In this document: one piece after another, positions 57,635 through 57,684 of the stretch
How positions within the stretch are numbered: the first letter of the stretch is position 1
How the letters are laid out: each line of letters starts with the position of its first letter
Origin: an uncultured Candidatus Competibacteraceae bacterium
GTDB lineage: Bacteria; Bacteroidota; Bacteroidia; CAIKAF01
Assembly (NCBI GenBank): GCA_964473995.1
Contig: CAYYRB010000005.1
Span: 3,802-61,485, forward strand
Reading direction: 5' to 3'
Length of the DNA: 57,684 bases
Notes under the pieces: model-generated
What the model saw: only the letters and a program-made list of their open reading frames with translations
Told to the model about the DNA's origin: nothing
Database searches by the model: none
Made by a program: the position numbers and the translations under genes

Positions 57635-57684
57635 TTTTTTCTTACTGCTTTTCAGCCGTATAGGATTTAGTGAGTGTATAAATT

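Overview
The window is a Bacteroidota chromosomal segment made up mostly of housekeeping genes. The phylum call rests on three things: T9SS C-terminal sorting domains on four secreted proteins, several TAnnTTTG '-7' promoter boxes, and an rpsL-rpsG-fusA-rpsJ order with no tuf. About 18 kb on the minus strand (38713-56597) is the complete str/S10/spc/alpha ribosomal protein supercluster, running rpsL to rplQ. It includes secY, map, infA, rpoA and an rpmJ gene (41715-41831) that is too short for the ORF track. The left 38 kb mixes core genes (dnaB, rimM, rpsP, murA, ahcY, proS, carA, a fadD-like ligase) with accessory-looking loci. (1) Two adjacent paralogous giant secreted proteins (15102-22013) share a beta-helix-cap plus extremely glycine-rich module and PKD repeats, but carry different T9SS sorting domains. 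(2) A probable lipoprotein has Trp at exact 4-residue spacing and sits upstream of a FadL/PorV-like outer-membrane barrel (28415-31289). (3) Two tandem Lys-C-like S1 peptidases carry T9SS tails (32964-37513). (4) A tightly overlapping four-gene minus-strand cluster joins a PPTase, an archaeal-type GGGP-synthase homologue, PnuC and a NadR-like kinase (12602-15023). I see no CRISPR array, tRNA or rRNA gene, integrase, transposase or recognisable defence system. The most novel-looking items are the Gly-rich paralogue pair and the W-periodic lipoprotein/OMP pair. Both are functional unknowns rather than demonstrated systems. All functional calls come from reading the supplied translations and DNA by eye; no searches were run.
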